63,948 nucleotides of DNA, filler included, from Candidatus Hydrogenedentota bacterium (GCA_040752395.1; 11 parts of 11 records of this genome joined end to end with filler, not necessarily neighbours in it); one strand, 5' to 3'; counted from the first letter of the whole stretch, positions 21,096 through 31,515 are shown. The notes: generated by a model from the sequence alone, not told the origin. Translations and numbers: made by a program.

Positions 21096-21554
21096 NNNNN
21101 NNNNNNNNNNNNNNNNNNNNNNNNNNNNNNNNNNNNNNNTTAATTAATTAANNNNNNNNNNNNNNNNNNNNNNNNNNNNNNNNNNNNNNNNNNNNTTATA
21201 TAATAAATGATAATGATTGATACGTTGGGGTTTAAGGCATTTATAGCTAAGAAAGAACATAAGCATAAAGAAGTAGTAAGATTGCTTAAAGATAAGAGGA
21301 TTTACATGTGCTTCTTACGATCGATTTTCCTATATAAAAATGTTTCCGCGCATGGCATTATGAGATAACGGTTATTTCGTTTCATCGTTTTATTAATCAG
21401 TGAACCTGAATAATAAAAAATCGAACAATTTTGCTAATTAGGAAACTTTCCCCAAAAACGCTCGCCCTTTATCCACCCAATTTAATCTATATAATAATGT
21501 AGTATATACGATTTATGACCTTATATGTATTAGAAAAGGTAGATCAATTTGAGA

Positions 21555-22658
21555 TTATCTATGTTCCATAATTTTGATGACTTTACGGAGCCGGATTGAT
21601 AGATTTAAGGCTTCGTCATTCATAGGATTTATATCCATAGCTCTTATCACGTCTTTAAGCGCAAGTTTATACCAGCCTCGATGAATGCGTTTCTTTGCAC
21701 GCGATAAATAATATTGCAGTGTATATTTAGGGATAGGTTTTTCAGGCTCAGGTAGAGAAAAATTATAACGTAGAGTCAAAAAATGTTCAGATGAGAACTC
21801 ATCCTCAGGAACAATAGAATAATCAACTCTGAATGCATCGATATCAACGCCGAAACCCACTGAGATATTTTCTTTTGCCTCATTCTTTGAATCAAACCCC
21901 AATCGTAGAAAAATTTTATCCATAACTCTTGCTTCAAAACCTAATTGGGCAGAAAATTCCTCAGACCTATTTTTAACAAGATCAGCTGCGATAGTTAAAT
22001 TATTATTAAGAAATGTATATGATGCGCCTAAATCAAGTGCCAGCGGCTGTTTCTCTTTAATATCTTCAAAATGTATGCGTCTTCCTATATTTTTTAAAGT
22101 AGCACCAAGTAAAAGATTTTCAACAGGGGTTGTATACAAAAGACCTGCGTTTATGTTTACACTCGAAGCACGCTCATTATCAAGTTTTTCACTAAAAAAT
22201 TTCATACTGCCACCCAATGATAAACCATACAGCCACTTAAATCCGTAACCAAACTGAAACCCCAGATCATTTGCCTGGGCTTTCCCGGATGTAATGCCGG
22301 CAAGACCGCTACTTAAATTTGTTTTTTCGACATCGCCAAGATCAAGATATATGACTTCGAGACCAAAACCACCTCTTTCAAATGGTCTCGACCAGGATAT
22401 CGTTGAATAATCTCTGCCATCAAAAAGCAGGGAACCGGTAAACCCGATCTCATTTAGTTTTACATTTGAGAGTAATGCAGGATTAGAATTTAAAGATTCG
22501 ATGCCACTTGCGATAGTTGTTAAGCTGTTACTGAGCGCTGATTCACGAGCATTAGTTGGGAGCAGTAAGAAAGCACAGCCAAAATCTGCACATAATCCAG
22601 TCTGCTTTATGATAAAGAGAGATAAAATAGAAACAAGAATATTCTTTAATATTGTCAT
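21555..22658 (-). CDS. PorV/PorQ-like outer-membrane beta-barrel protein with C-terminal TPR-like helices
   Basis: Signal peptide; AFLLLPTNARESAL...NPA pattern, amphipathic beta strands, FLRLG, GFG...VDY. Confidence 0.75.
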   Translation of the reverse strand: MTILKNILVSILSLFIIKQTGLCADFGCAFLLLPTNARESALSNSLTTIASGIESLNSNPALLSNVKLNEIGFTGSLLFDGRDYSTISWSRPFERGGFGLEVIYLDLGDVEKTNLSSGLAGITSGKAQANDLGFQFGYGFKWLYGLSLGGSMKFFSEKLDNERASSVNINAGLLYTTPVENLLLGATLKNIGRRIHFEDIKEKQPLALDLGASYTFLNNNLTIAADLVKNRSEEFSAQLGFEARVMDKIFLRLGFDSKNEAKENISVGFGVDIDAFRVDYSIVPEDEFSSEHFLTLRYNFSLPEPEKPIPKYTLQYYLSRAKKRIHRGWYKLALKDVIRAMDINPMNDEALNLSIRLRKVIKIMEHR

Positions 22659-23059
22659 TTTATAATAATCAGTCTTTTTCTTAATTTTTGTGTGGTAGTT
22701 CGAATTATTACAGTGTATGAACCGCTCGGAACCGGATTACTTTTATCATCAAACACATTCCATTGAAAATTACCCGCTGTATTAATGGATATTTTGCGAA
22801 CCTGTTTACCCCGGACATCGAAAATTCTTATTGTTGTTCCTGAAGGGATATTGGTAAAAATTATACCTGAGGTTGGATCAGCAGGATTATAGGGTTTACC
22901 TGTTTCATTATTACCATCATTTGGTTTATATGGATTCGGAACGATAAGGATGGGGTTAGAATAAACAGGTGAAATTAAGAACAAAGAGGTAAGAAGCAAA
23001 AAGCAAGAAGCAAGATTAAAAAGTTTCGCCGAGAACTGGCAGATTACGCAAAATTTCAT
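22655..23059 (-). CDS. Small secreted protein consisting of a T9SS-CTD/FlgD-Ig-like domain
   Basis: VPNPYKP, TIRIFDVRGKQVR, WNV..D....VPSGSY, terminal LIIIK. Confidence 0.75.
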   Translation of the reverse strand: MKFCVICQFSAKLFNLASCFLLLTSLFLISPVYSNPILIVPNPYKPNDGNNETGKPYNPADPTSGIIFTNIPSGTTIRIFDVRGKQVRKISINTAGNFQWNVFDDKSNPVPSGSYTVIIRTTTQKLRKRLIIIK

Positions 23060-23119
23060 AATAATTTATCCTTGATATTTTTTTATAATAGTTTATATTA
23101 AAGGTCAAGACTTTTGCCA

Positions 23120-23283
23120 TTTTCTACAGACTATGGTCTTTTCAGACTCCAGGCTTTTGGCTCCAGCTGGCTGTAGTCCGTAGCCTGTAGCCTGTACCCT
23201 GTCCTGATACTTCTCACTTCTTCCGTTATCTTGCTTCTTGCTTCTACTTGATATTATTATAATTACAATGTTTTTCAGAGGAG
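23120..23283 (+). repeat. Mosaic intergenic element ending in the RBS module upstream of 23294
   Basis: ...TCTTGCTTCTACTTGATATTATTATAATTACAATGTTTTTCAGAGGAG. Confidence 0.9.
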
Positions 23284-23293
23284 TAAGACGAGA

Positions 23294-23992
23294 ATGAGAG
23301 CCATAATTTTTTTTATTATTACTCTATTAATTTTAAATGCCTGCAAAGAAAACAAGATGAAAAATAAAGAGGTTGAGGCTGCTAAAATCAAGGTAGGTAG
23401 AGTAGCTGTTCCTATTGAAAAAGATAGTCTGCAAGAGATAAGGGACGAGTTAGAGAGGATAAAATACGGCGAAAAGAGAGAGTTTGTTAATACTGATTAC
23501 AGACCGCCTCTTTTTGATAGCAGTGACCCGTATATTGAAATAGATATAAAAGACCGTTATGATACAAAAACATTAAAGATTTTTTATCCTTTATTACCTG
23601 ATAAAGCTCAAGTGGGGTATTGCGACCCTGGTGATGATAATGAAGCCATTGCTTTACTTTGCTGGGATGGCACAAGGGCATGGAACTTTTTAAAGAAATT
23701 TTTGCCAGAGATTGAAAAAGGCACCAGTGCCAATGTAAGAACACCTGAAGCAAATAAAGTCATAGATAGATGTAAAAAAGATTTGATAATTTTTCTTGAA
23801 TTGAGAGAAGAACCAACACTTGTATATTTTCAGGAGGTAAATTTTAAAGATGAAACCCTTGAGACAGAGGTATCTAAAGCCGGGGTTAAAGGATATAAAC
23901 TTAAGCTTCTTGCAGATGATAAAATTTTCGTATATCATGCTACTACAAGAGGTGTATCGCATCTCGTAAGAGTCGAGAAGCTAAATAAATAG
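23294..23992 (+). CDS. Putative lipoprotein of unknown function
   Basis: Lipobox LNAC after a hydrophobic stretch. Confidence 0.7.
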   Translation: MRAIIFFIITLLILNACKENKMKNKEVEAAKIKVGRVAVPIEKDSLQEIRDELERIKYGEKREFVNTDYRPPLFDSSDPYIEIDIKDRYDTKTLKIFYPLLPDKAQVGYCDPGDDNEAIALLCWDGTRAWNFLKKFLPEIEKGTSANVRTPEANKVIDRCKKDLIIFLELREEPTLVYFQEVNFKDETLETEVSKAGVKGYKLKLLADDKIFVYHATTRGVSHLVRVEKLNK

Positions 23993-24001
23993 GAGATAAG
24001 T

Positions 24002-24178
24002 ATGAGAAGATTTTTTATTTGGGTAATTTTATTAATGTTTTCTTTTAGCATAGTATCATGTGGTACTACAAAGCCAGCTAAAATTAAAAAAGGTTCTCAG
24101 TGGATTGAAGGTCATTATAAAGTTATTGAAACACCACAGGGACCCAAACGTATCTGGATTAAGGGACACTGGGAGTAG
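24002..24178 (+). CDS. Small lipoprotein with WxxGxW-like repeats (58 aa; missing from the ORF track)
   Basis: Manual translation MRRFFIWVILLMFSFSIVSCGTTKPAKIKKGSQWIEGHYKVIETPQGPKRIWIKGHWE; AGGAG SD upstream. Confidence 0.75.
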   Translation: MRRFFIWVILLMFSFSIVSCGTTKPAKIKKGSQWIEGHYKVIETPQGPKRIWIKGHWE

Positions 24179-24359
24179 ATAAGAGGCAAGAGGCAAGAGC
24201 GTCAAAGAGTCGAGAGTCGAGGGTCAGGAGGGAAAGGCACAGAGGCACAGAGGCACAAAGTATGAAAAGAGTCACAAGTCGCAAGTCGTGAGTCAAAACA
24301 GGACTCGAGACTCAAGACTCAAGACTCAAGACTTTTCAGCAGGCTTTGGGCTTTTGGCT
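24179..24359. repeat. Mosaic intergenic element at a contig end
   Basis: AGGCAAG, GAGTCGA, AGAGGCAC (8-mer) and GACTCAA arrays. Confidence 0.9.
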
Positions 24360-24467
24360 NNNNNNNNNNNNNNNNNNNNNNNNNNNNNNNNNNNNNNNNN
24401 NNNTTAATTAATTAANNNNNNNNNNNNNNNNNNNNNNNNNNNNNNNNNNNNNNNNNNNNAGACGGTC

Positions 24468-25922
24468 TCAATCAAAGAAACGGTGTTTGGGGGTTGGAGG
24501 TTTTTTTAACACGGGTTTTATATCAGGCTTATAGTCACCTGCTAAATAATCTTTGATGGAACGAAATAACAAAGGATATAGATTTTGTGAGGGTAGATCA
24601 GTGTGAATGACAATCGCGGTCATAGAAGTATGGGTTAATAAATAATGGCTTTCAGCTGAATAGGTATAATCATCGAAAACAGAACTTAAGAAAGAAGCAA
24701 GTTTTAAGCCCGCAGAGCTTCTAAAATAATGTGTTATTTTATATTTATTATCATTAATGACGACTAACACATAATCAGGTTTAATAGTCTCAATAATTTT
24801 AAGTGACGAGGCTAAATCTGACTCAGTAATAATAGATTTTATAATAAGATGAGAATCTTTTATAGTAACCGCTTCGTAAGAAGTATCAGTTGAGATGATA
24901 AGCACAAAAGGGATAGTATCTGTTCTTAATTTATATTCAGGATGATAGAATATATTTACAGCTTCACGGTCTTTTATATTTAACGCAGAGACGATAGCGG
25001 TATCGTAATCTATAGCTTCAAGCAAGAGTCTGCACATAATTGTATCAGGGTATAAAGTAGTTTTATATACAGGCTCATTTTTGTAAAAAGTAAAAGAGAC
25101 CTCTTTTAGCGGGAGATGGTCTTTTATGGTGATAGAATATTCGGGGACTGTGTCAATCGAAACAGAGATGAAAGGGTTTCCATTATAAGAGTAATCGAGG
25201 ATAGCATTATAAATAGCCTCAGCTTCTTTTTTTAATAGTGTAATCTTTTCAAGAGACAAAGCAGTGGGTTTATGTGAAAGATAACAATTTTCAATAAGGA
25301 TGGATTCGTTGTTAGTGTTTCTAAGAACCGAGAAATTACCAGGTAAGACAACAGGTTGTAGAGAAGGATATAGTTTATTTAACTCAGTTGATAGATAGTC
25401 TGATAGAGTAGGGCATAATCCCTGGTTAAAAAGTTTATAATAAACCTCGATTTTATTGATGGTTTGATCTGAGCTTGCATTATGATGGATAGAGATAAAA
25501 AAATCGGGTTGGATTGTATTACTTATCGAGGCGCGAGTTTTTAGCTCGATTTTAAGATTATCAGTATCTGAGACAGGGAGATCAGCTTTTCGGGTATAAT
25601 AGACTTTAGCTCCGCTTGCTTCGAGCATACCGCCAAGAAACAAAGCGACTGCTAAATTTAAATCAGCCTCGCTTGCAAAATTTTCAACAGGGGATAAAGC
25701 ACCGCGCTCTTTACCACCATGACCAGGATCAAGTACAAATGACCAGCCAGATAAAGCATTATTCTTTTCTTTTAATTTAGATTCGTAAGTTATATTAAAT
25801 TTTATTTCTTTTGATAGTTTAACGATTCTATCAGATACTACGGTCTTTTTGATAGAAGGTTTAAAAGGTGCGCAGGAGTACATAAAAATACTGAATATAA
25901 GAATGAAATATAGTCTTCTCAT
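24468..25922 (-). CDS. N-acetylmuramoyl-L-alanine amidase (Amidase_3) lipoprotein
   Basis: Lipobox YSC; LDPGHGG, EADLNL, FISIHHNA, ILIE. Confidence 0.9.
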   Translation of the reverse strand: MRRLYFILIFSIFMYSCAPFKPSIKKTVVSDRIVKLSKEIKFNITYESKLKEKNNALSGWSFVLDPGHGGKERGALSPVENFASEADLNLAVALFLGGMLEASGAKVYYTRKADLPVSDTDNLKIELKTRASISNTIQPDFFISIHHNASSDQTINKIEVYYKLFNQGLCPTLSDYLSTELNKLYPSLQPVVLPGNFSVLRNTNNESILIENCYLSHKPTALSLEKITLLKKEAEAIYNAILDYSYNGNPFISVSIDTVPEYSITIKDHLPLKEVSFTFYKNEPVYKTTLYPDTIMCRLLLEAIDYDTAIVSALNIKDREAVNIFYHPEYKLRTDTIPFVLIISTDTSYEAVTIKDSHLIIKSIITESDLASSLKIIETIKPDYVLVVINDNKYKITHYFRSSAGLKLASFLSSVFDDYTYSAESHYLLTHTSMTAIVIHTDLPSQNLYPLLFRSIKDYLAGDYKPDIKPVLKKPPTPKHRFFD

Positions 25923-26484
25923 ACTATTTGTCTTACAAAAATAGATTCAGCTGAAAAAGATATTACGCACCTAAAGGTGCTCACTACATTTTTTAATACT
26001 TCTAAAAAAAGAATTTTTCATCGGTTATATGCGGCAATTATCAAAAAACAGTTAAAATCGAATTCGCAGTTATATTGTATTTAATATCTAATGAATTAGA
26101 TAGATTTAGGCAAGAAAAAACATTTTTGTTTTTTGTAATCGATGTTTAGCTGCTCATAGTATCGCAGGGAATGCTATTTTTGGTATTATGAAGAGAATTG
26201 TAGTCAGATAAATGATAATTATAATTTTCATAAAAATACCTTTTATCCTTGCCGGGGTTTAACCCCAGCTCTACAATCTTCGATTATTTTATAAGCAAGA
26301 TACATACCACAAAAATTTTACTTGATAATAAAAAAGATCATTGCTATATTATCATAAAAAAGGATAATTTTTCTTACATTATAAGGTAAAATTTACCCCA
26401 CACCTATACCAAAGTGTATAGTTTTAATCTACAAAAGGAGTCTCCATAAGTACGGTTTGCGCTCTACCCCCCATTAGAGAAAGT

Positions 26485-26542
26485 TACTTTGTGCCTCTTT
26501 TTCTCCCCTTTAAAGTGTCTCACGTTTCAGGGGAACAGTATA
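26485..26542. repeat. Isolated mosaic-element module (TTTGTGCC plus TTTAAAGTGTCTCACGTTTCAGGGGA)
   Basis: Near-identical to 31975-32030. Confidence 0.75.
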
Positions 26543-26602
26543 AACCAGTGTCAACCCACTTTGATTTTTTTTCATAAGACAGATTTCGTATTTTTGTTTT
26601 TA

Positions 26603-26845
26603 CTAAACAGGGTCGGATTTGTCCCAGAGTGTTTCAGGCGCAATATCAATGCCTCCCGGCCAAACAACCGTACCGTAATCAATCGCAGCTTTCATAAATA
26701 TGGCGGGTTCTTTCAACTTAAAAAATGGTTTTTTATCAAGCAGTGGTTTCATATTAAATCGTCGCCGTTCCCCATTCTCGAACAATAATAACAGCGTATT
26801 ATCTTTTTGCGCTTCAACACTGATAACGTCCAAAAGTATTTCCAA
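26603..26845 (-). CDS. DUF2442 domain protein
   Basis: LLLLFENGERRRFNMKP...GTVVWPGGIDIAPETL. Confidence 0.85.
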   Translation of the reverse strand: MEILLDVISVEAQKDNTLLLLFENGERRRFNMKPLLDKKPFFKLKEPAIFMKAAIDYGTVVWPGGIDIAPETLWDKSDPV

Positions 26846-26856
26846 AAGAAACCTCC

Positions 26857-27617
26857 TTATTTCCTGAATCTGCTACTTTCAGTGCAGAAGAAACAAGTAA
26901 TCCCTTTCTTGTTCGGATATTTTACAATGAGTACTCGTATTATCGAAGCAGCTGGTTTCCAATATGCTGTAAATGTCTGCAACGAGATAGTAACTTTTTT
27001 ACCATATAAAAATAACGTATACCTTTTAAATAATGATACTCGTTTTGATGATTCCATCAATGATGGCAACCGTATCCCATATTTACGAGGTCTGCCTCGT
27101 TTTCTACATTTAGGATAAAGAACAGCATCAATTCTTAACCGACTTATAAAAATAATACCATTGGAGATACAGTGTTTTAATAAAGCTTCTTTAGCATAGA
27201 AAGCGTCTGCAACTATAATAAAATAAGACTTTATTCGTTCCTTTATCTTTCGCAATATTTGTATAGCTATATCTATCCGAGATATATGTTCTTTATTATA
27301 TGGTTTATATTTCTGTGGGATGTAAAGTTGAGCAAGGATAGGAAAACAAAGCCATTTAGAGACAAGAGTTGAAAAATGAATAAGTGATATAAAAACCCAG
27401 TTATGACCATAAATATATTTTGATTCATTCTGTTTTGCAGAATGATTGAAATGTATACCACAACCAAAAATATGTTTACCCTTTTTCCCTATGAGTGTAT
27501 CGTCAAGTGCAAAGGTTAGTGGTTCTTTTATATTCAATGTTTTTATAATGACTTCGATTAACACAAAAGCCAGTTCATAAATACTCCATACATATTGATT
27601 AAGAAATTTATGAAAGT
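26857..27617 (-). mobile_element. IS701/IS4-like DDE transposase, truncated
   Basis: ALDDTL..KKG, YGHNWV, VADAFYA, RGRPRKYG, FFCT; stops before the final catalytic E region; 5' part cut by the contig end. Confidence 0.8.
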
Positions 27618-27718
27618 NNNNNNNNNNNNNNNNNNNNNNNNNNNNNNNNNNNNNNNNNNNNTTAATTAATTAANNNNNNNNNNNNNNNNNNNNNNNNNNN
27701 NNNNNNNNNNNNNNNNNA

Positions 27719-27859
27719 GCTATAGAAAATAAAGCAAGTTGTATCGCTATTGAATCTTTAAAATCTTTATTTTTTCAGAGAGAAGACTCCATTGATTTGG
27801 CTAACAAACATAAATTAAGTATAATCGGGTTACCATATAATTGGAATGTGTCCACTTAG
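27719..27859 (+). CDS. lpxI: 3' end of an LpxI-like UDP-2,3-diacylglucosamine hydrolase (partial)
   Basis: Manual translation AIENKASCIAIESLKSLFFQREDSIDLANKHKLSIIGLPY resembles the LpxI C-terminus. Confidence 0.6.
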   Translation, partial: AIENKASCIAIESLKSLFFQREDSIDLANKHKLSIIGLPYNWNVST

Positions 27860-28030
27860 TTATAGCTGGATAAAAAGTTAAAAGCTAAAAGTGAGAGAGA
27901 TGTTTTTCTTAACTTTTAACTTTTCATATGGGTACATTGTGGTTGGCCGAAGCAAGAGGCAAGAAACAAGGTATTCGGTTATCGGTTTTGCGCCGAGAAT
28001 TATTCAAAAATTATCCCGAGTCAAGACAGG
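27860..28030. repeat. Mosaic intergenic element (AAAAGTT / AACTTTT inverted heptamers, AGCAAGA)
   Basis: AAAAGTTAAAAGCTAAAAG...TTAACTTTTAACTTTTTCA; related to 31911-31955. Confidence 0.75.
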
Positions 28031-28039
28031 GGGCATATT

Positions 28040-28873
28040 ATGAAAAATTTAATTGTTAGTATAGTTGTTACGATGATAATCATTACAGTAATAATTATCT
28101 ATATATGTAAAAGTAATACTTCAATAAAACAATGGGAATTTGCTTCAAAAGATATTAATCAGATAATGGCTGTCGAAAATAAGTCCTCAGAAATAATAAG
28201 AAAGAATGAATTTTCCCAAGACGATATTGATTTTATAAATCAAGCAATACGTCAAGATAAAGACATTGTTTTAAAGGGAGCAATCATTTGTAAAGAGTTA
28301 ATCCCAAAAATAAAGCATTCTAGTACTGAAAGGATTGATAAAATTATCGAGAAACCGAGAAACAATCAGGCCATTAATATATTAATTTCCTTTATTCAGG
28401 ATGAGTCTATTACAGACACCATCTACAAATCAGAGGCCATTCGAGCATTAAGCTTGCATCGTAAGAAAGAACATAAGGATATCTTTGAAAGAATATTACA
28501 AACTGAGACTGAACTTGAAATAAGGGCAGCCTGCGGAAGCGCGTTGTACCGGATTAGTTATAAAGAGAGAGCTTATGATATTTATGAGGAAGTTGTAAAA
28601 AATGGATATCCTGTATCAGTTGGACAATATGATTTTAAAAATGATCCTGATGCAAAAGAAATGCTTTTTCGTACATTACAATACGATAATAATCCGGTTG
28701 GTCAGGCATTATCATTATATTTTTTATCAAGACTTGGTGAAAATAAATCTATAAGTGATATTTATGTAAGATTATACGATAAATTAAAAAACAATGAAAT
28801 ATTCAATAAAGAGGAAAAGAATGCTGTGGAAATATACTTAGAATGGACAAAATACAATTTGGAGGGGAAATAA
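28040..28873 (+). CDS. Membrane-anchored HEAT-repeat-like protein
   Basis: N-terminal TM segment; helical repeats EAIRAL and IRAACGSALYRI. Confidence 0.6.
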   Translation: MKNLIVSIVVTMIIITVIIIYICKSNTSIKQWEFASKDINQIMAVENKSSEIIRKNEFSQDDIDFINQAIRQDKDIVLKGAIICKELIPKIKHSSTERIDKIIEKPRNNQAINILISFIQDESITDTIYKSEAIRALSLHRKKEHKDIFERILQTETELEIRAACGSALYRISYKERAYDIYEEVVKNGYPVSVGQYDFKNDPDAKEMLFRTLQYDNNPVGQALSLYFLSRLGENKSISDIYVRLYDKLKNNEIFNKEEKNAVEIYLEWTKYNLEGK

Positions 28874-28875
28874 TC

Positions 28876-30750
28876 ATGAAAATAAAAACTATATTAGCGT
28901 TCGTTATATTGTTAATAGGAAATTTTATTACTATTTTATCTTATGGATATGATAGAAATGCAGCTGTTGCTTATGCTAATAAATTCTATTCGATACCAAA
29001 TTCACAATGGTTTGAAGTTAAGGATGAAGATTGCGCAAATTTTGGTTCACAGTGTGTTATTGCGGGCAATTTGATATGTGATAAATCGTTTGCTGCAGGA
29101 GGCCCAACAATAAATTATAAACAAGGCAATGGTTATACATTTGAGCAGGCTCGGGACTTGGCCTGGTGGCTGATCAATTCCGGCTTAGCAGAAGAAAAAG
29201 GATATAGATTTGTCGGACAGGATAAATACATGCCTGGGATTGGACCTGGTGATATAATAATATGGATTAAAAATCTCGGTACTCCTCAAGAAGAGTATTT
29301 CCATACGCTTGTTGTAACGAATGTTATACAAGGGAAAATAGAATATGCTTGCCATACAGTACCACCATTAAAAGGGGATTTGGATACAAACTATCATGAT
29401 AAACATCTTTATTACTTACATTTAAAAGATGCGCCGATTATAAAGTATTTCAAGCTGGAGGGTGATGCCGGATATACTATTACGGAATGGAAATATGATG
29501 ATGATTACACACAAGGACCGACAATGGGAGAATATTACAAAAACACGTATAACGGTCTTAATCCAACACCGCTTGATCCAGATAGACCGATTTGGACAGT
29601 AACATCTGGCGGAACAAAAATTACTGCGTTGTTTGACTGCGAAATGGAGCAGACTGAAGATGTGATGATGGTAGCGCCTGAAGGAATAAATAATGATTTT
29701 GTTTATACAGGTATCACTTCCGGGGCATGGACAATAGGTCCAAATAGTAAGTGGCAGGCTAAATTTACAAAACAATGGTCAGATTTAACCAATGAGCAAA
29801 GAGCAACTGAAAACATCAAAACTTGGTTTATCGTAAACAAGGCAAAATCAACAGACGGAAGTTTGATTGATGAGGACAACAAACTAAATAAATATTCAGT
29901 ATGGGATAAAGGATACGGCAAATCACATACTGAAGAACTGAAACTTGATAACTTCCTACCGTACCTTGTGAAGATGGAAGTGTTTCAGAACAACGAGCAG
30001 AAATATTTGTCAGAGTGGGTATGGGATGGTTCGCAAATGAAACAAAAAACAACTAAAAATGATTTTCTTAAATGTAATCAAGAAATTGTTATGAGTTTAT
30101 ACTTCAGCGAAGGTATCAAACAGGTACAAAACGAGATTAGCATAATCAATGACCATACCTATGAGATCAGAAAAGTATTCTCTAATTTATCTGATGAACA
30201 AGTTGTTATGGTCGAGGCGATCGATTATGCCAGCAATGAATTATATGGGAAGCCTGAAAATATTCCAACCATCAGTCGAAATAATCAAGGAGTTTGGGTA
30301 TATGGTCCCAAAAAAGACATGAATCATAAGATCAAATTCCTGAATATAGCAAAACTCGACTTTGGATATTTTAAAGACCAGCCAGAGAAGACGGAATTAA
30401 GTGCTTATCTTGACAAAGACGGTATAAAATTGTCTCGAAAGGAAATCATATTTAGTGGAGATAGAGCTTTGTCAAGATTGACCATATCTCCTCGAGGTGG
30501 TATAGTATTATATGAATATAGTCCGTCGCCGATGTATAATAGGATAGGCAGAATTGATCTTGCTTATGAATCAATACCACCCTATCAATTATTAGGGCAA
30601 AACCAGAGGGATCCAGATCTTTCCTCGGACACAGGGTATTTGACATACATAAATCATACTGATGAAATATTTAAAATTGAAAACAATGCAGGTATTGTGT
30701 TTGCTCAGGTTCTTCAGGATTTACTATTCAGATTCTTTCCTATAGTTTAG
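28876..30750 (+). CDS. Secreted protein with putative amidase (Amidase_6/NlpC-P60-like) domain, possibly truncated at the 3' end
   Basis: Signal peptide; YDRNAAVAYA, DCANFGSQC, PGDII, HTLVV, YACHT. Confidence 0.75.
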   Translation: MKIKTILAFVILLIGNFITILSYGYDRNAAVAYANKFYSIPNSQWFEVKDEDCANFGSQCVIAGNLICDKSFAAGGPTINYKQGNGYTFEQARDLAWWLINSGLAEEKGYRFVGQDKYMPGIGPGDIIIWIKNLGTPQEEYFHTLVVTNVIQGKIEYACHTVPPLKGDLDTNYHDKHLYYLHLKDAPIIKYFKLEGDAGYTITEWKYDDDYTQGPTMGEYYKNTYNGLNPTPLDPDRPIWTVTSGGTKITALFDCEMEQTEDVMMVAPEGINNDFVYTGITSGAWTIGPNSKWQAKFTKQWSDLTNEQRATENIKTWFIVNKAKSTDGSLIDEDNKLNKYSVWDKGYGKSHTEELKLDNFLPYLVKMEVFQNNEQKYLSEWVWDGSQMKQKTTKNDFLKCNQEIVMSLYFSEGIKQVQNEISIINDHTYEIRKVFSNLSDEQVVMVEAIDYASNELYGKPENIPTISRNNQGVWVYGPKKDMNHKIKFLNIAKLDFGYFKDQPEKTELSAYLDKDGIKLSRKEIIFSGDRALSRLTISPRGGIVLYEYSPSPMYNRIGRIDLAYESIPPYQLLGQNQRDPDLSSDTGYLTYINHTDEIFKIENNAGIVFAQVLQDLLFRFFPIV

Positions 30751-30869
30751 CTATAGAAAATAAAGCAAGTTGTATCGCTATTGAATCTTTAAAATCTTTA
30801 TTTTTTCAGAGAGAAGACTCCATTGATTTGGCTAACAAACATAAATTAAGTATAATCGGGTTACCATAT
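30749..30869 (+). repeat. 121-bp exact direct repeat of 27718-27838 (lpxI 3' segment)
   Basis: Both contig ends read AGCTATAGAAAATAAAGC...GGGTTACCATAT. Confidence 0.97.
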
Positions 30870-30969
30870 NNNNNNNNNNNNNNNNNNNNNNNNNNNNNNN
30901 NNNNNNNNNNNNNTTAATTAATTAANNNNNNNNNNNNNNNNNNNNNNNNNNNNNNNNNNNNNNNNNNNN

Positions 30970-31134
30970 CGCATCTTTCTCAATATAATCTGAAAATTTC
31001 AGCCCTCTTATATTTTTCCATTTATCATCATCCCCTAAACTATCTACGATAAGTATATTATCAATGCCTCTTTTATTCAATCCCCAGCAAACTGCACTTC
31101 CAATAAACCCGGCACCACCAGTAACGATTATCAA
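30970..31134 (-). CDS. rfaD: ADP-L-glycero-D-manno-heptose 6-epimerase, N-terminal part
   Basis: TTG start; IIVTGGAGFIGS...GIDNILIVD.LG..DKWKN; cut by the contig end. Confidence 0.85.
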
Positions 31135-31143
31135 GTCCTTAAT

Positions 31144-31515
31144 TCCTCCTCTGAAAAACGTTGTCACTCTAATGATATCAAGTAGAAGCAAGAGACAAGA
31201 GGCAAGAAGCAAGATAAACAAACATCTGGTTTTTCATCCTTTGTGTAGAGCGCAAAAACCCAAGAACCCAAGAACCCAATAGTGTAGAGCGCAACCCGCG
31301 CTCATGTTGACTCCTATGAAAAGTCTTGAGTCTTGAGTCCTGTTTTGACTCACGACTTGCGACTCACGACTCTTTTCATATCATCTTTAGTTTTTCATCC
31401 TTTGTGTACCCCGTTAGAGAACGAAATTTAACTCTATGCTGTTAACAGAGTAACTTTTGAAAAAATAGACTTCAGCCTACGAGCTACCAGCTACTGCTGA
31501 AAAGCCGAGAGCCAC
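31144..31515. repeat. Mosaic intergenic element ending in the RBS module of rfaD
   Basis: CTCCTCTGAAAAACG, AGAAGCAAG arrays, GTGTAGAGCGCAACCCGCGCTC and the GAGTC/GACTC module. Confidence 0.92.
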
